Counted from the stretch's first letter, positions 37,170 through 48,606 are shown. The stretch is DNA of 64,000 bases from Candidatus Poriferihabitaceae bacterium (GCA_965214055.1 OZ243931.1:2607380-2671379), one strand, 5' to 3'. Made by a program: numbers and translations. Notes: generated by a model from the letters alone, not told the origin.

Positions 37170-38357
37170 TCAAAGTACCTTGTCCAGATCGTTGATAATG
37201 TCAGAGGCATCTTCCAGTCCCACTGAAAACCGGAAGAGGCCATCCCCGGCCAGCGCACGATAGGCCTCCAGGTCGCTTCCCTCCAGCCGGTAGGAGGATT
37301 CAATCAGGTCCCGGGTTTCCAGGAGGTAGATCAGACTTCGATGGTGGCCCAGCGAGACGGCATAATGCACTACCTGCAGGCCCCGCATGAACGCTTCGGC
37401 GGTTTTGCGGGGATTTTTGACCCGAAAGGAAAGCATGCCGGAAAAATTGTCCATCTGCGTCCTCGCCAGTTCGTGGGACGGGTGGGAGGGGTGTCCGGGA
37501 TACAGGACCGTTTCCACCCGGGGATGGGCATGGAGATACTCTGCCACCTGCAGGGCATTTTCCTGGTGTGCCTTCATGCGCAGGGGCAGCGTCGCCGCAC
37601 CGCGCATGATGAGCCAGGCATTGAATGGGCTGATGGTGGCGCCATAATGTAGCACTCCGTCGCCGCGAAGCGATGAAATCAACGCCTTTGAGCCAAGGAT
37701 CGCACCGCCGAGTGCATCGCCATGGCCGCCAATGTATTTGGTCAGGGAGTGAATGACCAGGTCGGCCCCCAGGCTGATTGGACAGGTTCCGATCGGGGTG
37801 GCAAAGGTGGAGTCCACTGCCAGCAGTGCCTGGTTGCCTCGGGCGATTTTGGCCATCGCCGCGATGTCTGTAATGCGCAACAGCGGGTTGGAAGGAGTTT
37901 CCACCCAGATCATCCGGGTGTTGGAGCGCATGGCATTTTGAACACTGGCCAGGTCCGAGGTGTCCACGGGGGTCACCTCAACCCCCCTGGCAGGAAGATG
38001 ATCCCGGGCCAGTTCCGCGGTTCCCGGATAATTGGTATTGCTGACAACCAAATGGTCCCCCGGGTTCAACTGGGTCAGCAGCACGCCGGTGGAGGCTGCC
38101 ATTCCGGAAGCCAGTGCCAGGCAATCTTCGGCATTTTCGAGCAGCGCCAGCTTTTCTTCGAGTTGACGGATGGTTGGATTGGACCAGCGGGTGTAGACAT
38201 AGGGGGAATCGTCATCGATGTTGGTGGCGGAAAAACTCATGGGTTCGTCCACAACGAACGTACTGGACATGACAATGTTGGGTGCTGATGCCCCGGTCTT
38301 GCCATCCGGTTTTTCTCCGCCGTGAATGGCGACGGTCTGAATGCCTCGATTTTTCAT
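37170..38357 (-). CDS. Cys/Met-metabolism PLP-dependent enzyme (cystathionine gamma-synthase / O-acylhomoserine sulfhydrylase / methionine gamma-lyase family)
   Basis: Start at the Met at 38357 (MKNRGIQTVAIHGG...). 'YTRWSNPT' and 'SLTKYIGGHGD' (PLP lysine). The exact reaction is not assignable from sequence. Confidence 0.85.
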   Translation of the reverse strand: MKNRGIQTVAIHGGEKPDGKTGASAPNIVMSSTFVVDEPMSFSATNIDDDSPYVYTRWSNPTIRQLEEKLALLENAEDCLALASGMAASTGVLLTQLNPGDHLVVSNTNYPGTAELARDHLPARGVEVTPVDTSDLASVQNAMRSNTRMIWVETPSNPLLRITDIAAMAKIARGNQALLAVDSTFATPIGTCPISLGADLVIHSLTKYIGGHGDALGGAILGSKALISSLRGDGVLHYGATISPFNAWLIMRGAATLPLRMKAHQENALQVAEYLHAHPRVETVLYPGHPSHPSHELARTQMDNFSGMLSFRVKNPRKTAEAFMRGLQVVHYAVSLGHHRSLIYLLETRDLIESSYRLEGSDLEAYRALAGDGLFRFSVGLEDASDIINDLDKVL

Positions 38358-38756
38358 TGTTCCTGGGTTTCTGGTTGAAGGTAACGTTCTCAATTGCCCC
38401 TTGCAAAGGGGAGTGTATTGTCCGGTGGTCGGGTACCGTAAATTGTACCGTTCCGAAGAAAAAAATACTGGAAATAATCCGGTGTCGCTCCGACCTTTGG
38501 AACCGGGAGAAAAATTCCCGGATGGCCTTTTGGTGCAGGAGCCGGCTGTCCGCCAATCCGGTTGAATTGACCGATTTCGGTGAGGGCTGCCAGGGCCGGA
38601 AGGGGAGTCGGAACCAGGTGGGTATGCGATTGCGGAGGTATTTGACACGGGGTGAATCCTGAATCCCGGTTTTTGCCCAAGATCGAAAAAGCAGGGCGAT
38701 TGAAGCCATGCAAAGGGCTATAATGCGGGCAGTATGACCGGTACAGGCAGTGAAAT

Positions 38757-40178
38757 ATGCGCAGAAACCGAAAAGCAAAAATAGTGGCGACCCTGGGGCC
38801 ATCCAGTTCAACCTCCGAAGTGATCGAGGAACTGTTTCATTCGGGAGTCGATGTCTTTCGTCTCAACTTCAGCCATGGCAGCCATGACGACCACTCGGAA
38901 AGGGTGGACATCATACGTCGTATCGAACAGGAGACCGGACGGCCCATCGGTATTTTAATGGACATACAGGGTCCGAAATTGCGTCTCGGCCGGTTTGAAA
39001 ATGGTCCGGTCACCCTGGCCAAAGGAGATCCATTCAGGCTGGACCTGGAGGCTGCACCCGGCAACCAGGACCGGGTGCAGTTGCCTCACCCGGAGATTTT
39101 CGAGGCACTTTCGATCGGCAGTGACCTGATGATCGATGATGGGCGGGTCCGGCTGCAGGTCACCGGGTGTGGGCAGGCCCATGCGGACACCCGGGTCATT
39201 GTCGGGGGGGACATCCGTGACAGCAAGGGCGTCAACGTGCCGGGCGTGATCCTGCCGATCTCGGTGATCACGGAGAAAGACCGGGCGGATCTGGAGTATG
39301 GTCTGACGCTGGGCGTGGACTGGGTCGGCCAGTCGTTTGTGCAGCAGCCGGACGATGTGCGGGAACTGCGCCGCCTCGTCGGGGAAAACCTGAAAATACT
39401 GGTTAAGCTGGAAAAACCCTCTGCCTGGATGAAAATCGATGGCATTCTGGAGCTGTGTGACGGGATCATGGTGGCCAGGGGGGACCTGGGAGTGGAATTG
39501 CCACCCCAGAGAGTTCCGGTGGTGCAAAAGGAGATCATACGCCGCTGCCGGGATGCAGGTAAACCCGTGGTAATTGCGACGCACATGCTGGATTCCATGG
39601 TCAGTGCACCGGTGCCGACAAGAGCCGAGGCTTCGGATGTGGCCACGGCCATCTACGATGGAGTGGATGCCGTCATGCTTTCCGCGGAATCCGCCGCAGG
39701 AGAGTACCCGGTCCAGTCGGTGAAGATGATGGACAGCATCATCAGTGAGGTGGAAGGAGATCACGCGTACCGGGCGATTCTGGATGCGCAGAGACCCGAC
39801 CCCCATTCGACCACGGCAGATGCCATCTGCAATGGCCTGCAGCGCGTGACGAATATCCTGGAATCCGCGGCAACCGTAACCTATACGGCTTCTGGAAGTA
39901 CCAGTTTGAGGGCGGCCCGGGAGCGTCCGCATGCACCGATTTTGAGTTTGACACCGTTTATTGAAACCGCGAGATACCTGACACTGGCCTGGGGGGTGTA
40001 TGCGGTGACCGTGGATGTCGCCAGCGAAAATGCACGGGTCATGGATGTCATCAATGTTGCCAAGGACATCGCCGTGCAGGAAAAATTTGCCCGGCCCGGG
40101 CAGGCGGTGGTGATTGCGGCGGGGCTGCCTTTCGGGACATCCGGCGCCACCAACCTCCTTCATATCGCCCGGATCTGA
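38757..40178 (+). CDS. pyk: Pyruvate kinase
   Basis: 473 aa. 'KIVATLGPSS', 'FRLNFSHG' and 'MVARGDLGVELP' canonical motifs. Confidence 0.95.
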   Translation: MRRNRKAKIVATLGPSSSTSEVIEELFHSGVDVFRLNFSHGSHDDHSERVDIIRRIEQETGRPIGILMDIQGPKLRLGRFENGPVTLAKGDPFRLDLEAAPGNQDRVQLPHPEIFEALSIGSDLMIDDGRVRLQVTGCGQAHADTRVIVGGDIRDSKGVNVPGVILPISVITEKDRADLEYGLTLGVDWVGQSFVQQPDDVRELRRLVGENLKILVKLEKPSAWMKIDGILELCDGIMVARGDLGVELPPQRVPVVQKEIIRRCRDAGKPVVIATHMLDSMVSAPVPTRAEASDVATAIYDGVDAVMLSAESAAGEYPVQSVKMMDSIISEVEGDHAYRAILDAQRPDPHSTTADAICNGLQRVTNILESAATVTYTASGSTSLRAARERPHAPILSLTPFIETARYLTLAWGVYAVTVDVASENARVMDVINVAKDIAVQEKFARPGQAVVIAAGLPFGTSGATNLLHIARI

Positions 40179-40272
40179 TTCTCGGACCGGGTACAATGTG
40201 TTCATTCGGGTGCATCCGTGAAACCTGAATTATTGTATAATCCGGCCCCGGACTGGATCGGAACCAATTATT

Positions 40273-41442
40273 ATGAACATTCATGAGTATCAGGCAAAAT
40301 CCCTTCTCGCTGAATTTGGAGTAGCGGTGCCCAGAGGTCACGTTGCCTTCAGCGTGGACGAGGCGGTGGAAGCGGCCGAAGAACTCGGTGGTCCGGTCTG
40401 GGTAGTCAAGGCCCAGATCCATGCAGGGGGGCGGGGCAAGGGTGGTGGTGTCCGGGTGGTCAAATCCCTGGAAGAATTGAAGTCTGCGGCCGGGGACATT
40501 CTGGGTATGCAACTGGTGACCCACCAGACGGGTCCTGAAGGCAAGGAGGTCAAACGGCTGTACATCGAGGAAGGATGTGAGATCGCGAATGAAATGTATC
40601 TCGGGATGCTGGTGGACCGCGGATCCAGCCGGGTCACCCTCATCGCCTCCACCGAGGGAGGGATGGATATCGAGGAGGTGGCGGCGAATACCCCGGAAAA
40701 AATACTCAAGGTGATGATTGATCCGGCCACCGGGCTGCAGCCCTTCCATGCCAGGAAGCTGGCTTTCGGCCTCGGACTTTCCGGGAACGAGGTCCGTTCC
40801 GCCGTCACGTTTCTGATGGGGATGTACCGTGCGTTCAACCAGCTGGATGCCAGCCTTATGGAGATCAACCCCCTCGTATTGACCGGGGCCGGGGAGATGA
40901 TTGCGCTGGATGCGAAAATGAATTTTGACAGCAATGCGCTGTATCGCCAGCCAACCGTGCAGGCACTGCGGGACCGGGATGAAGAAGACCCGGCAGAAGT
41001 CGAAGCCAGTGAATATGATCTGAACTACATCAAGCTGGATGGCTCCATCGGGTGCATGGTGAACGGGGCCGGGCTGGCCATGGCAACCATGGATATTATC
41101 CAGTTGTGCGGCAGTTCGCCGGCCAATTTCCTGGATGTGGGGGGCGGGGCCACCACGGAGCGGGTCACCATCGCATTCAAGATCATCCTGTCGGACCCCA
41201 ATGTAAAGGGGATACTGGTGAATATATTTGGCGGGATCATGCGTTGCGATGTGATCGCCGAAGGGATTGTTGCAGCGGCCCGGGAAGTGAAGCTGGATGT
41301 TCCACTGGTGGTTCGGCTGGAGGGCACCAACGTGGGCAGGGGGAAACAGATCCTTGCGGATTCCGGGTTGCCGATTGTTTCGGCAGATGATTTGGGCGAT
41401 GCCGCCCGCAAAGTGGTTCAGGCAGTCTCGGAGGCAGGATAA
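40273..41442 (+). CDS. sucC: Succinate--CoA ligase (ADP-forming) beta subunit
   Basis: '[17 protein letters not shown]', '[17 protein letters not shown]', '[15 protein letters not shown]' and '[16 protein letters not shown]'. Confidence 0.9.
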   Translation: MNIHEYQAKSLLAEFGVAVPRGHVAFSVDEAVEAAEELGGPVWVVKAQIHAGGRGKGGGVRVVKSLEELKSAAGDILGMQLVTHQTGPEGKEVKRLYIEEGCEIANEMYLGMLVDRGSSRVTLIASTEGGMDIEEVAANTPEKILKVMIDPATGLQPFHARKLAFGLGLSGNEVRSAVTFLMGMYRAFNQLDASLMEINPLVLTGAGEMIALDAKMNFDSNALYRQPTVQALRDRDEEDPAEVEASEYDLNYIKLDGSIGCMVNGAGLAMATMDIIQLCGSSPANFLDVGGGATTERVTIAFKIILSDPNVKGILVNIFGGIMRCDVIAEGIVAAAREVKLDVPLVVRLEGTNVGRGKQILADSGLPIVSADDLGDAARKVVQAVSEAG

Positions 41443-42314
41443 TGGCAATTTTGGTGGACAAGAATACAACCGTGATCTGTCAGGGTTTTACCGGTTCCCA
41501 GGCGACATTCCACAGCGAACAGGCAATCGAATACGGTACAAAAATGGCCGGCGGTGTGACCCCCGGCAAGGGAGGCCAGGTGCACCTGGGCCTGCCGGTG
41601 TTCAATACGGTGGACGAGGCGGTGACCCGGACCGGGGCGAACGCGTCCGTGATTTATGTGCCCCCGGCGTTCGCCGGGGATGCGATCCTGGAAGCCATTG
41701 ACGCCCGGATCCCGCTGGTGGTCTGTATCACCGAGGGTGTGCCGGTACTGGACATGATCCGGGTAAAACGGGCATTGGAAAAATCTCCGACCCGATTGGT
41801 CGGCCCGAACTGCCCAGGGGTCATTACACCGGATGAATGCAAGATCGGCATCATGCCCGGGCACATTCACCGCAAGGGCAGTGTGGGCATCATCTCCCGG
41901 TCCGGAACCCTCACGTATGAAGCGGTTGCCCAGACTACTGCAGAAGGGTTGGGACAGACATCCTGTATTGGTATCGGTGGCGACCCCGTGAATGGCACGA
42001 ATTTTATTGATTGTCTGGAATTGTTTCTGGCAGACCCGGAAACGGAGTCCCTGATCATGATCGGTGAAATTGGCGGGACGGCGGAAGAAGAAGCGGCGGA
42101 TTTTATCCGGCAGAGCAACACCAAAAAGCCCATCTGCGGATTCATTGCCGGGGTGACCGCCCCCCCCGGGCGGAGAATGGGTCATGCCGGTGCCATCATC
42201 GCAGGAGGAAAGGGTGGGGCAGGGGATAAAATTGAAGCGCTCAAGAGTGCGGGGGTTACGGTAGCGGATTCCCCCGCAACCCTGGGCCGTACCCTTAAAT
42301 CGATGATTGGCTGA
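41442..42314 (+). CDS. sucD: Succinate--CoA ligase alpha subunit
   Basis: '[17 protein letters not shown]', '[10 protein letters not shown]', '[10 protein letters not shown]' and 'MGHAGAII' (phosphohistidine loop). Confidence 0.9.
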   Translation: MAILVDKNTTVICQGFTGSQATFHSEQAIEYGTKMAGGVTPGKGGQVHLGLPVFNTVDEAVTRTGANASVIYVPPAFAGDAILEAIDARIPLVVCITEGVPVLDMIRVKRALEKSPTRLVGPNCPGVITPDECKIGIMPGHIHRKGSVGIISRSGTLTYEAVAQTTAEGLGQTSCIGIGGDPVNGTNFIDCLELFLADPETESLIMIGEIGGTAEEEAADFIRQSNTKKPICGFIAGVTAPPGRRMGHAGAIIAGGKGGAGDKIEALKSAGVTVADSPATLGRTLKSMIG

Positions 42315-42410
42315 CAGACCCACTGGTTTACCATCGCGGAGCCATCAAAGAAGTGTGTGATCGCGTATTTGCCGGTTGAAAAACAAATGTAGAGCGAAAA
42401 TATAGAGTCT

Positions 42411-44111
42411 ATGAGCACCGACACCCATGCAGTCATGAAAAGGGGGCACCCGGGCAGGGGAAAGAAAAAGGCCAGTGCATCCACCAAGGGGAGACAGGTT
42501 GTCCCTTCCGCCCGGGATGAAGTGCAGAACCTGTTGGGCGGGGGTCCGTACAGGCGGGATATGCTGATCGAATACCTCCATCTGATCCAGGATGAATACG
42601 GTCACCTGTCCAGCGCGCATATCGCCGCGTTGGCGGATGTACTGAAACTGGCACAAACCGAGGTGTATGAGGCGGCCACCTTTTATGCGCATTTTGATGT
42701 GGTGAAAGAAGGGGAAACTCCGCCCCCTGCGGTCACCGTCCGGGTCTGCGACAGTATCGCCTGCCAGTTGGCCGGGGCCGAAACCCTGTTGTCGGCGCTC
42801 ACCGGCGAGGGGTTGCCCGATGTGCGTATTGTCCGGGCCCCCTGCATGGGGCGATGCGAAACCGCGCCGGTGGCGGAAGTCGGTCACCACCATCTTGTCA
42901 GCACCAGTCCCGAAGCCGTGCTCCAGGCCATTGAACGGGAAGATTTCCATGCTCCCCTCCCCGATTACATTGACCTGGAAGCGTACCGGAAAGAGGGCGG
43001 ATATCAACTGTTGAATGCCTGCCTGGCCGGGGAGTTCACCCCCGAAGAAATCATCGGCAAGCTGGACCGGTCTGAACTGAAGGGACTGGGCGGGGCCGGA
43101 TTTCCCACGGGCAGAAAATGGAATATCGTTCGCAGTTATGAGGGCCCGCGCCTGCTGGCCGTCAACGCCGACGAGGGAGAGCCCGGCACGTTCAAGGACC
43201 GGTTTTATCTGGAGTCTGACCCCCATCGTTTCATTGAGGGCATGCTCATCGGTGCCTGGGCGGTGGGCACACAGGCCAGCTATATTTATGTGCGGGATGA
43301 ATATCCTGCCATCATTTCCCTGCTAAAGACCGAAATCGGCAAAGTCGAGGAAGCGGGCCTGGCCGACCATGTCAGGATTGAAATACGCCGGGGCGCCGGA
43401 GCATATATCTGTGGCGAGGAATCCGCCATGATTGAATCCATTGAAGGCAAACGGGGTCTGCCCCGAAACCGTCCCCCCTATGTTGCCGAGGTGGGGCTGT
43501 TTGGTTGCCCAACCCTGGAAAACAATGTGGAAACCCTCTTCTGGGTCCGGGATATTGTTGAAAAGGGACCGGAGTGGTTTGCCGGAGCCGGGATCAACGG
43601 TTCCAGGGGCTGGCGCAGTTTTTCGGTCTCGGGCCGGGTTAACCACCCCGGGGTCAAGCTGGCCCCGGCCGGCATCACCATCCGTCAGCTGATTGAGGAC
43701 TACTGCGGCGGCATGCACAAAGGACATGTTTTCAAGGGATATTTGCCCGGTGGGGCATCCGGGGGGATTTTGCCGGCATCCCTGGGAGACGTTCCCATGG
43801 ATTTCGGGACGCTTCAGGCGCATGGCTGTTTTATCGGATCCGCGGCAGTGGTGGTCTTCAGCGATGCGGACAACATGAAAGACGCGGCACTGAACCTGAT
43901 GCGGTTTTTCCAGGATGAAAGCTGCGGCCAGTGCACGCCGTGCCGGGTCGGCACCGAAAAGGCGGTGAAAATCATGGAACAGCCGAAATGGGATGAAGGC
44001 CTGCTCAGGGACCTGAGCACGGTGATGACGGATGCCTCGATTTGCGGACTGGGGCAGGCCGCGGGCAACCCCATTAACTGTGTACTGAAATATTTTCCGG
44101 AGGACCTGTGA
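42411..44111 (+). CDS. NAD-linked formate dehydrogenase diaphorase subunit (NuoE-like + NuoF-like fusion)
   Basis: 566 aa. The N-terminal part is a thioredoxin-like 2Fe-2S module ('VCDSIACQLAG...APCMGRCETAP'). It is followed by a NuoF core ('LKGLGGAGFPTGRKW', 'ADEGEPGTFKDR', 'ESCGQCTPCR'). 4-nt overlap with the alpha-subunit gene. Confidence 0.85.
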   Translation: MSTDTHAVMKRGHPGRGKKKASASTKGRQVVPSARDEVQNLLGGGPYRRDMLIEYLHLIQDEYGHLSSAHIAALADVLKLAQTEVYEAATFYAHFDVVKEGETPPPAVTVRVCDSIACQLAGAETLLSALTGEGLPDVRIVRAPCMGRCETAPVAEVGHHHLVSTSPEAVLQAIEREDFHAPLPDYIDLEAYRKEGGYQLLNACLAGEFTPEEIIGKLDRSELKGLGGAGFPTGRKWNIVRSYEGPRLLAVNADEGEPGTFKDRFYLESDPHRFIEGMLIGAWAVGTQASYIYVRDEYPAIISLLKTEIGKVEEAGLADHVRIEIRRGAGAYICGEESAMIESIEGKRGLPRNRPPYVAEVGLFGCPTLENNVETLFWVRDIVEKGPEWFAGAGINGSRGWRSFSVSGRVNHPGVKLAPAGITIRQLIEDYCGGMHKGHVFKGYLPGGASGGILPASLGDVPMDFGTLQAHGCFIGSAAVVVFSDADNMKDAALNLMRFFQDESCGQCTPCRVGTEKAVKIMEQPKWDEGLLRDLSTVMTDASICGLGQAAGNPINCVLKYFPEDL

Positions 44112-46858
44112 TGTCGGACGAGATCAATTTTATCCTGAACGGGGAATCGGTCCAGGCAGCCCCGGGAGAAACCCTGTGGCAGGTTGCCAGACGCCGGGGC
44201 GTCGAGATTCCCCATTTATGCTACACCCCCCAGCTCGACTACCGGCCGGACGGGAATTGCCGGGCCTGCATGGTGGAGATCGAGGGAGAACGCGTGCTCG
44301 CGGCTTCCTGCCTGAGAACCCCCGCCGAAGGCATGGTCGTCAGGACCGACACGGCCAAGGCCGTGACCGCACAGAAGCTGGTGATGGAGCTTCTGGTGGC
44401 GGACCAGCCGGACCGGAAAGTCGCCCATGACCGGAATTCCCACCTGTGGGAATGGGCGGACCGGTTGAATGTGCACGACAGCCGTTTCCCCCAAAGACCT
44501 CCCCCTATTGCCGATGCCAGCCATCCGGCAATGCATGTGGCACTGGATGCCTGTATCCAGTGCAATCTTTGTGTGCGTGCCTGCCGGGAAGTTCAGGTCA
44601 ACGATGTCATTGGCATGGCGTACCGGGGACATGGCGCACAGATCGTCTTTGACCAGGATGACCCCATGGGCAGCAGTACCTGTGTGGCGTGTGGAGAGTG
44701 TGTTCAGGCCTGCCCCACCGGTGCCCTGATGGAAGCGACCCGGGTGGACGCAAACGGGGTCGGGAAAAGTGATGAGCTGGAAGAAACCCACAGTGTCTGC
44801 CCCTATTGCGGCGTGGGGTGCCAGATCACCTACCAGGTCAGCGGGAATGAAATCGTGGCGGTACAGGGCCGGGAGGGCCCGGCCAACCGGAACCGGTTGT
44901 GCGTGAAAGGCCGATTCGGTTTTGATTATGTCAGGCATCCCCACCGGTTGACGGTCCCCCTGATCCGCAAAGACCCTTCCACAAAGACCGGGACAGCGGA
45001 CCTGGACCCCGCCAATCCCTGGACCCACTTTCGGGAAGCAAGCTGGGAGGAAGCTCTGGAACATGCCGCCAGCGGTCTGCGAACCATTCGCAAGGAACGG
45101 GGCAGCCAGGCGCTGGCGGGATTCGGTTCTGCCAAGTGTTCCAACGAAGAAGCCTATATTTTCCAGAAACTGGTGCGCACCGGATTTGGCACCAACAATG
45201 TGGATCACTGCACCCGGTTATGTCATGCCTCCTCCGTCGCTGCCCTGCTTGAAGGGATTGGGTCCGGGGCCGTGTCGGCGCCGTTCAATGCCGTGGAGGA
45301 TTCGGATTGTGTGCTGGTCATTGGTGCAAACCCCGTGAGCAACCATCCCGTTGCCGCCACTTTTTTCAAACAGGCGGCAAAAAACGGAACACTGATTGTC
45401 ATGGATCCCAGGGGGACCTCGCTCAAACGGCATGCGACCCATATGCTGCAATTCAAGCCGGGTACCGATGTTGCCATGCTCAACGGTATCCTGCATACCA
45501 TTATTGAAGAATCCCTTTACGACCGGGAGTACGTGGAAAAACATACGGAAGGGTTTGAAAACCTGAAGAAGCATCTCCAGGATTTCTCTCCTGAAAAAAT
45601 GTCCCGGGTCTGCGGAATTGATGCCGACACCCTGAAAACGGTGGCCCGGACGTTCGCGAAAGCCCGGGCTTCCATCATTTTCTGGGGAATGGGAATCTCC
45701 CAGCATGTTCATGGCACGGACAATGCCCGATGTCTGATTGCGCTGTCATTGATCACCGGTCAGGTGGGGCGGCCGGGTACGGGGCTGCATCCATTGCGTG
45801 GCCAGAATAATGTGCAGGGTGCGTCCGACGCCGGGCTGATTCCGATGATGCTTCCGGATTATCAGCTGGTGGAAAATGCCGATCTGCGTTCCCGGTTCGA
45901 GGATGCCTGGGGCACGTCCCTGGATCCGAAACGGGGGTTGACCGTGGTGGAGATCATGGATGCGGTCCATCGCGATGAAATTACCGGGATGTATGTCATG
46001 GGTGAAAATCCTGCGATGTCCGACCCGGATGTGCAGCATGCCCGGGACGCCCTGGCCAAACTGGAGCACCTGGTGGTGCAGGATCTGTTCCTCACCGAGA
46101 CCGCGTTTTATGCGGATGTGGTGTTGCCGGCCTCCGCCTGGCCGGAAAAAGACGGGACGGTTACCAATACCAACCGGCAGGTTCAAATGGGCCGAAAAGC
46201 CCTGGAGTTGCCCGGAGATGCCCGTCCTGACTGGTGGATCACCCAGGAAATCGCCCGGCGTATGGGCCTGGACTGGCACTACCGCCACCCGGGAGATATC
46301 TATACGGAAATGGCTGGGGTAATGCCTTCTTTGGACAACATCTCCTGGGACCGGCTGGTGGAGGAAAGTGCGGTGACGTACCCGTGCGATGCCGGAGATG
46401 TTCCCGGCAATGACATCGTATTTGGCAATGGTTTTCCGACACCAAGCGGACGGGGGAAACTGGTGCCTGCGGACCTGGTCCCGCCGGATGAGTTGCCGAG
46501 CAAGGAATACCCCATGATTCTGTCCACCGGCCGGCAGCTTGAGCACTGGCATACGGGTGCGATGACGCGACGGGCCAGCGTGCTGGATGAGATCGAGCCC
46601 GAGGCAGTGGCTTCGTTGTCCCCCCTGGCACTGGAGAAGCTGAATGTCAATCCCGGGGGGCGGATCACCGTTTCAACCCGGCGGGGAGCCATCGAACTGG
46701 TTGCCAGGGTGGACCCTGCGGTGCCGGATGACATGATATTTATCCCGTTTTGCTATGCCGAAGCGGCCGCCAACACGCTGACAAATCCGGCATTGGATCC
46801 CGTTGGCAAGATTCCGGAATTCAAGTTTTGTGCGGCAAGGGTCGACGCATCGATCTGA
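44108..46858 (+). CDS. Formate dehydrogenase alpha subunit (Mo/W-bis-PGD, Cys-type)
   Basis: 916 aa. N-terminal 2Fe-2S and 4Fe-4S Cys clusters ('CIQCNLCVRAC', 'CVACGECVQACP', 'CPYCGVGC'). The active-site region 'HCTRLCHASSV' carries Cys, not an in-frame TGA. Confidence 0.9.
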   Translation: MMSDEINFILNGESVQAAPGETLWQVARRRGVEIPHLCYTPQLDYRPDGNCRACMVEIEGERVLAASCLRTPAEGMVVRTDTAKAVTAQKLVMELLVADQPDRKVAHDRNSHLWEWADRLNVHDSRFPQRPPPIADASHPAMHVALDACIQCNLCVRACREVQVNDVIGMAYRGHGAQIVFDQDDPMGSSTCVACGECVQACPTGALMEATRVDANGVGKSDELEETHSVCPYCGVGCQITYQVSGNEIVAVQGREGPANRNRLCVKGRFGFDYVRHPHRLTVPLIRKDPSTKTGTADLDPANPWTHFREASWEEALEHAASGLRTIRKERGSQALAGFGSAKCSNEEAYIFQKLVRTGFGTNNVDHCTRLCHASSVAALLEGIGSGAVSAPFNAVEDSDCVLVIGANPVSNHPVAATFFKQAAKNGTLIVMDPRGTSLKRHATHMLQFKPGTDVAMLNGILHTIIEESLYDREYVEKHTEGFENLKKHLQDFSPEKMSRVCGIDADTLKTVARTFAKARASIIFWGMGISQHVHGTDNARCLIALSLITGQVGRPGTGLHPLRGQNNVQGASDAGLIPMMLPDYQLVENADLRSRFEDAWGTSLDPKRGLTVVEIMDAVHRDEITGMYVMGENPAMSDPDVQHARDALAKLEHLVVQDLFLTETAFYADVVLPASAWPEKDGTVTNTNRQVQMGRKALELPGDARPDWWITQEIARRMGLDWHYRHPGDIYTEMAGVMPSLDNISWDRLVEESAVTYPCDAGDVPGNDIVFGNGFPTPSGRGKLVPADLVPPDELPSKEYPMILSTGRQLEHWHTGAMTRRASVLDEIEPEAVASLSPLALEKLNVNPGGRITVSTRRGAIELVARVDPAVPDDMIFIPFCYAEAAANTLTNPALDPVGKIPEFKFCAARVDASI

Positions 46859-46927
46859 TTTTCCCCGAAACAGCGCCCGGAGAATGTATCCAATATTCTT
46901 CCTTGATTTATCCCTAAATACAACGAT

Positions 46928-48604
46928 TTGAGAACCATGAGTGACATAGAAATTGCACGGGCAGCGTCCATGAAGCCCATAACCGAAATTGCCGACAGGC
47001 TGGGAATTCCCGATTCTGCCCTGGTGCCGTACGGACATACCAAGGCAAAGGTGGGCCTGGATTTCATTGATTCATTGCAGGACCGGCCCGACGGCAAGCT
47101 GATACTGGTCACGGCGATTACCCCGACACCCGCTGGAGAAGGAAAAACAACCACCTCGGTGGGGTTGGTTGATGGAATGAACCGGATCGGCAAAAACACC
47201 ATGGTGTGTCTTCGGGAACCTTCCCTGGGTCCCTGTTTTGGCATGAAAGGAGGCGCGGCGGGAGGAGGCTATGCCCAAGTGGTTCCCATGGAAGATATCA
47301 ATCTTCATTTCACGGGTGATTTCCATGCGATTACGTCTGCACACAGCCTGTTGTCGGCGCTGATCGACAACCATATCTACTGGGGCAACCAGGCCGGACT
47401 GGATACGCGTCGGATTGGCTGGCGGCGGGTAGTGGACATGAATGACCGTGCATTGCGCCAGATTACCAATTCACTGGGAGGGGTGGCCAACGGCTATCCC
47501 CGTGAAGATGGTTTTGATATCACGGTGGCATCGGAGGTGATGGCTATTTTCTGTCTTTCCAGGAATGCCAGGGACCTGGAGGAAAGACTGGGAAAGATGG
47601 TTATTGGCTACACCCGGGACAGAGAGCCTGTTCGGGCCGAAGCCGTGATGGGGCCCGGACCCATGACGGTGTTGCTCAAGGATGCCATTGCACCGAACCT
47701 GGTGCAGACCCTGGAAAACAACCCCGCCTTCGTGCATGGCGGTCCTTTTGCGAATATTGCCCATGGCTGCAACTCTGTGATTGCAACCCGGGCTGCGATG
47801 AAGCTGTCGGACTACACCATCACAGAAGCAGGATTTGGAGCCGACCTTGGGGCGGAAAAGTTCTTTGACATCAAATGTCGGCAGGCCGGTTTGTCACCGG
47901 ATGCGGTGGTGCTGGTTGCCACCATCCGGGCATTGAAGATGCACGGCGGAGTCGGCAGGGACGACCTGGGGGCTGAAAATGTTCAGGCTGTCCGGGCCGG
48001 TTGTGTGAACCTGGCCCGGCATATTGAGAATATTCGCTCATTCGGGTTGCCCGTCGTGGTGGCCATTAACCAGTTCAGTGCAGACACGGCGGCGGAGCGG
48101 GCTGCAGTGCGGGAATTGTGCGGGGCCCAGGGGGTGAAAGCGGTGGATGCCAATCATTGGGCCGAAGGCGGGAAGGGAACCACCGAACTGGCCCAGGCGG
48201 TGGCGGACATGGCGGACAGTGGTACCGCAGACTTCACGACCACCTATCCGGATGAAATGCCGTTGTGGGAGAAGATCGAGGCCGTTGCGACGAAGATTTA
48301 CCGGGCAGATGGGATCAGTGCGGACCAGAAGACCCGAAACCAGATTGCGGACCTGCAGAACGGCGGGTTCGGACACCTGCCCATTTGCATTGCCAAGACC
48401 CAGTACAGTTTTTCCACGGACCCCAATCGCAAGGGTGCGCCAACCGGTTATACACTGGGAATCCGGGAAGTCAGACTGTCCGCGGGAGCGGGATTTGTCG
48501 TCGTGGTTTGCGGGGATATCATGACCATGCCAGGTCTTCCCAGGGTGCCCGCGGCCAACCGGATCCGGATTAACGAGGCCGGTGAAGTGGAAGGGTTGTT
48601 TTAG
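46928..48604 (+). CDS. fhs: Formate--tetrahydrofolate ligase
   Basis: '[13 protein letters not shown]', '[19 protein letters not shown]' and '[11 protein letters not shown]'. Probable start is the ATG at 46937. Confidence 0.95.
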   Translation: MRTMSDIEIARAASMKPITEIADRLGIPDSALVPYGHTKAKVGLDFIDSLQDRPDGKLILVTAITPTPAGEGKTTTSVGLVDGMNRIGKNTMVCLREPSLGPCFGMKGGAAGGGYAQVVPMEDINLHFTGDFHAITSAHSLLSALIDNHIYWGNQAGLDTRRIGWRRVVDMNDRALRQITNSLGGVANGYPREDGFDITVASEVMAIFCLSRNARDLEERLGKMVIGYTRDREPVRAEAVMGPGPMTVLLKDAIAPNLVQTLENNPAFVHGGPFANIAHGCNSVIATRAAMKLSDYTITEAGFGADLGAEKFFDIKCRQAGLSPDAVVLVATIRALKMHGGVGRDDLGAENVQAVRAGCVNLARHIENIRSFGLPVVVAINQFSADTAAERAAVRELCGAQGVKAVDANHWAEGGKGTTELAQAVADMADSGTADFTTTYPDEMPLWEKIEAVATKIYRADGISADQKTRNQIADLQNGGFGHLPICIAKTQYSFSTDPNRKGAPTGYTLGIREVRLSAGAGFVVVVCGDIMTMPGLPRVPAANRIRINEAGEVEGLF

Positions 48605-48606
48605 GA

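Noticed and set aside
38358-38756. A riboswitch (e.g. SAM-type) in the 400-bp leader or divergent region upstream of the trans-sulfuration enzyme gene. It includes a hairpin CCGGGA-GAAAAAT-TCCCGG at 38503-38521. A TATAAT at 38719-38724 could be a pyk promoter.
   Set aside because: I recognised no conserved riboswitch core. The TATAAT has no acceptable -35 at 16-18-nt spacing; the nearest TTGAAG is only 13 nt away. cmsearch against Rfam would be decisive.
40273-42314. sucCD could instead be malate thiokinase (mtkAB), given the neighbouring C1/formate genes.
   Set aside because: The beta subunit has SucC-type motifs (e.g. '[16 protein letters not shown]' versus the Mtk-type 'IFAGINRCDWVAEG' as I recall it) and closely follows typical SucC sequence throughout. 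A phylogeny would be needed for certainty.
44108-46858. Selenocysteine-containing formate dehydrogenase (in-frame TGA plus SECIS).
   Set aside because: The ORF is uninterrupted, and the active-site position reads Cys ('TRLCHASS').
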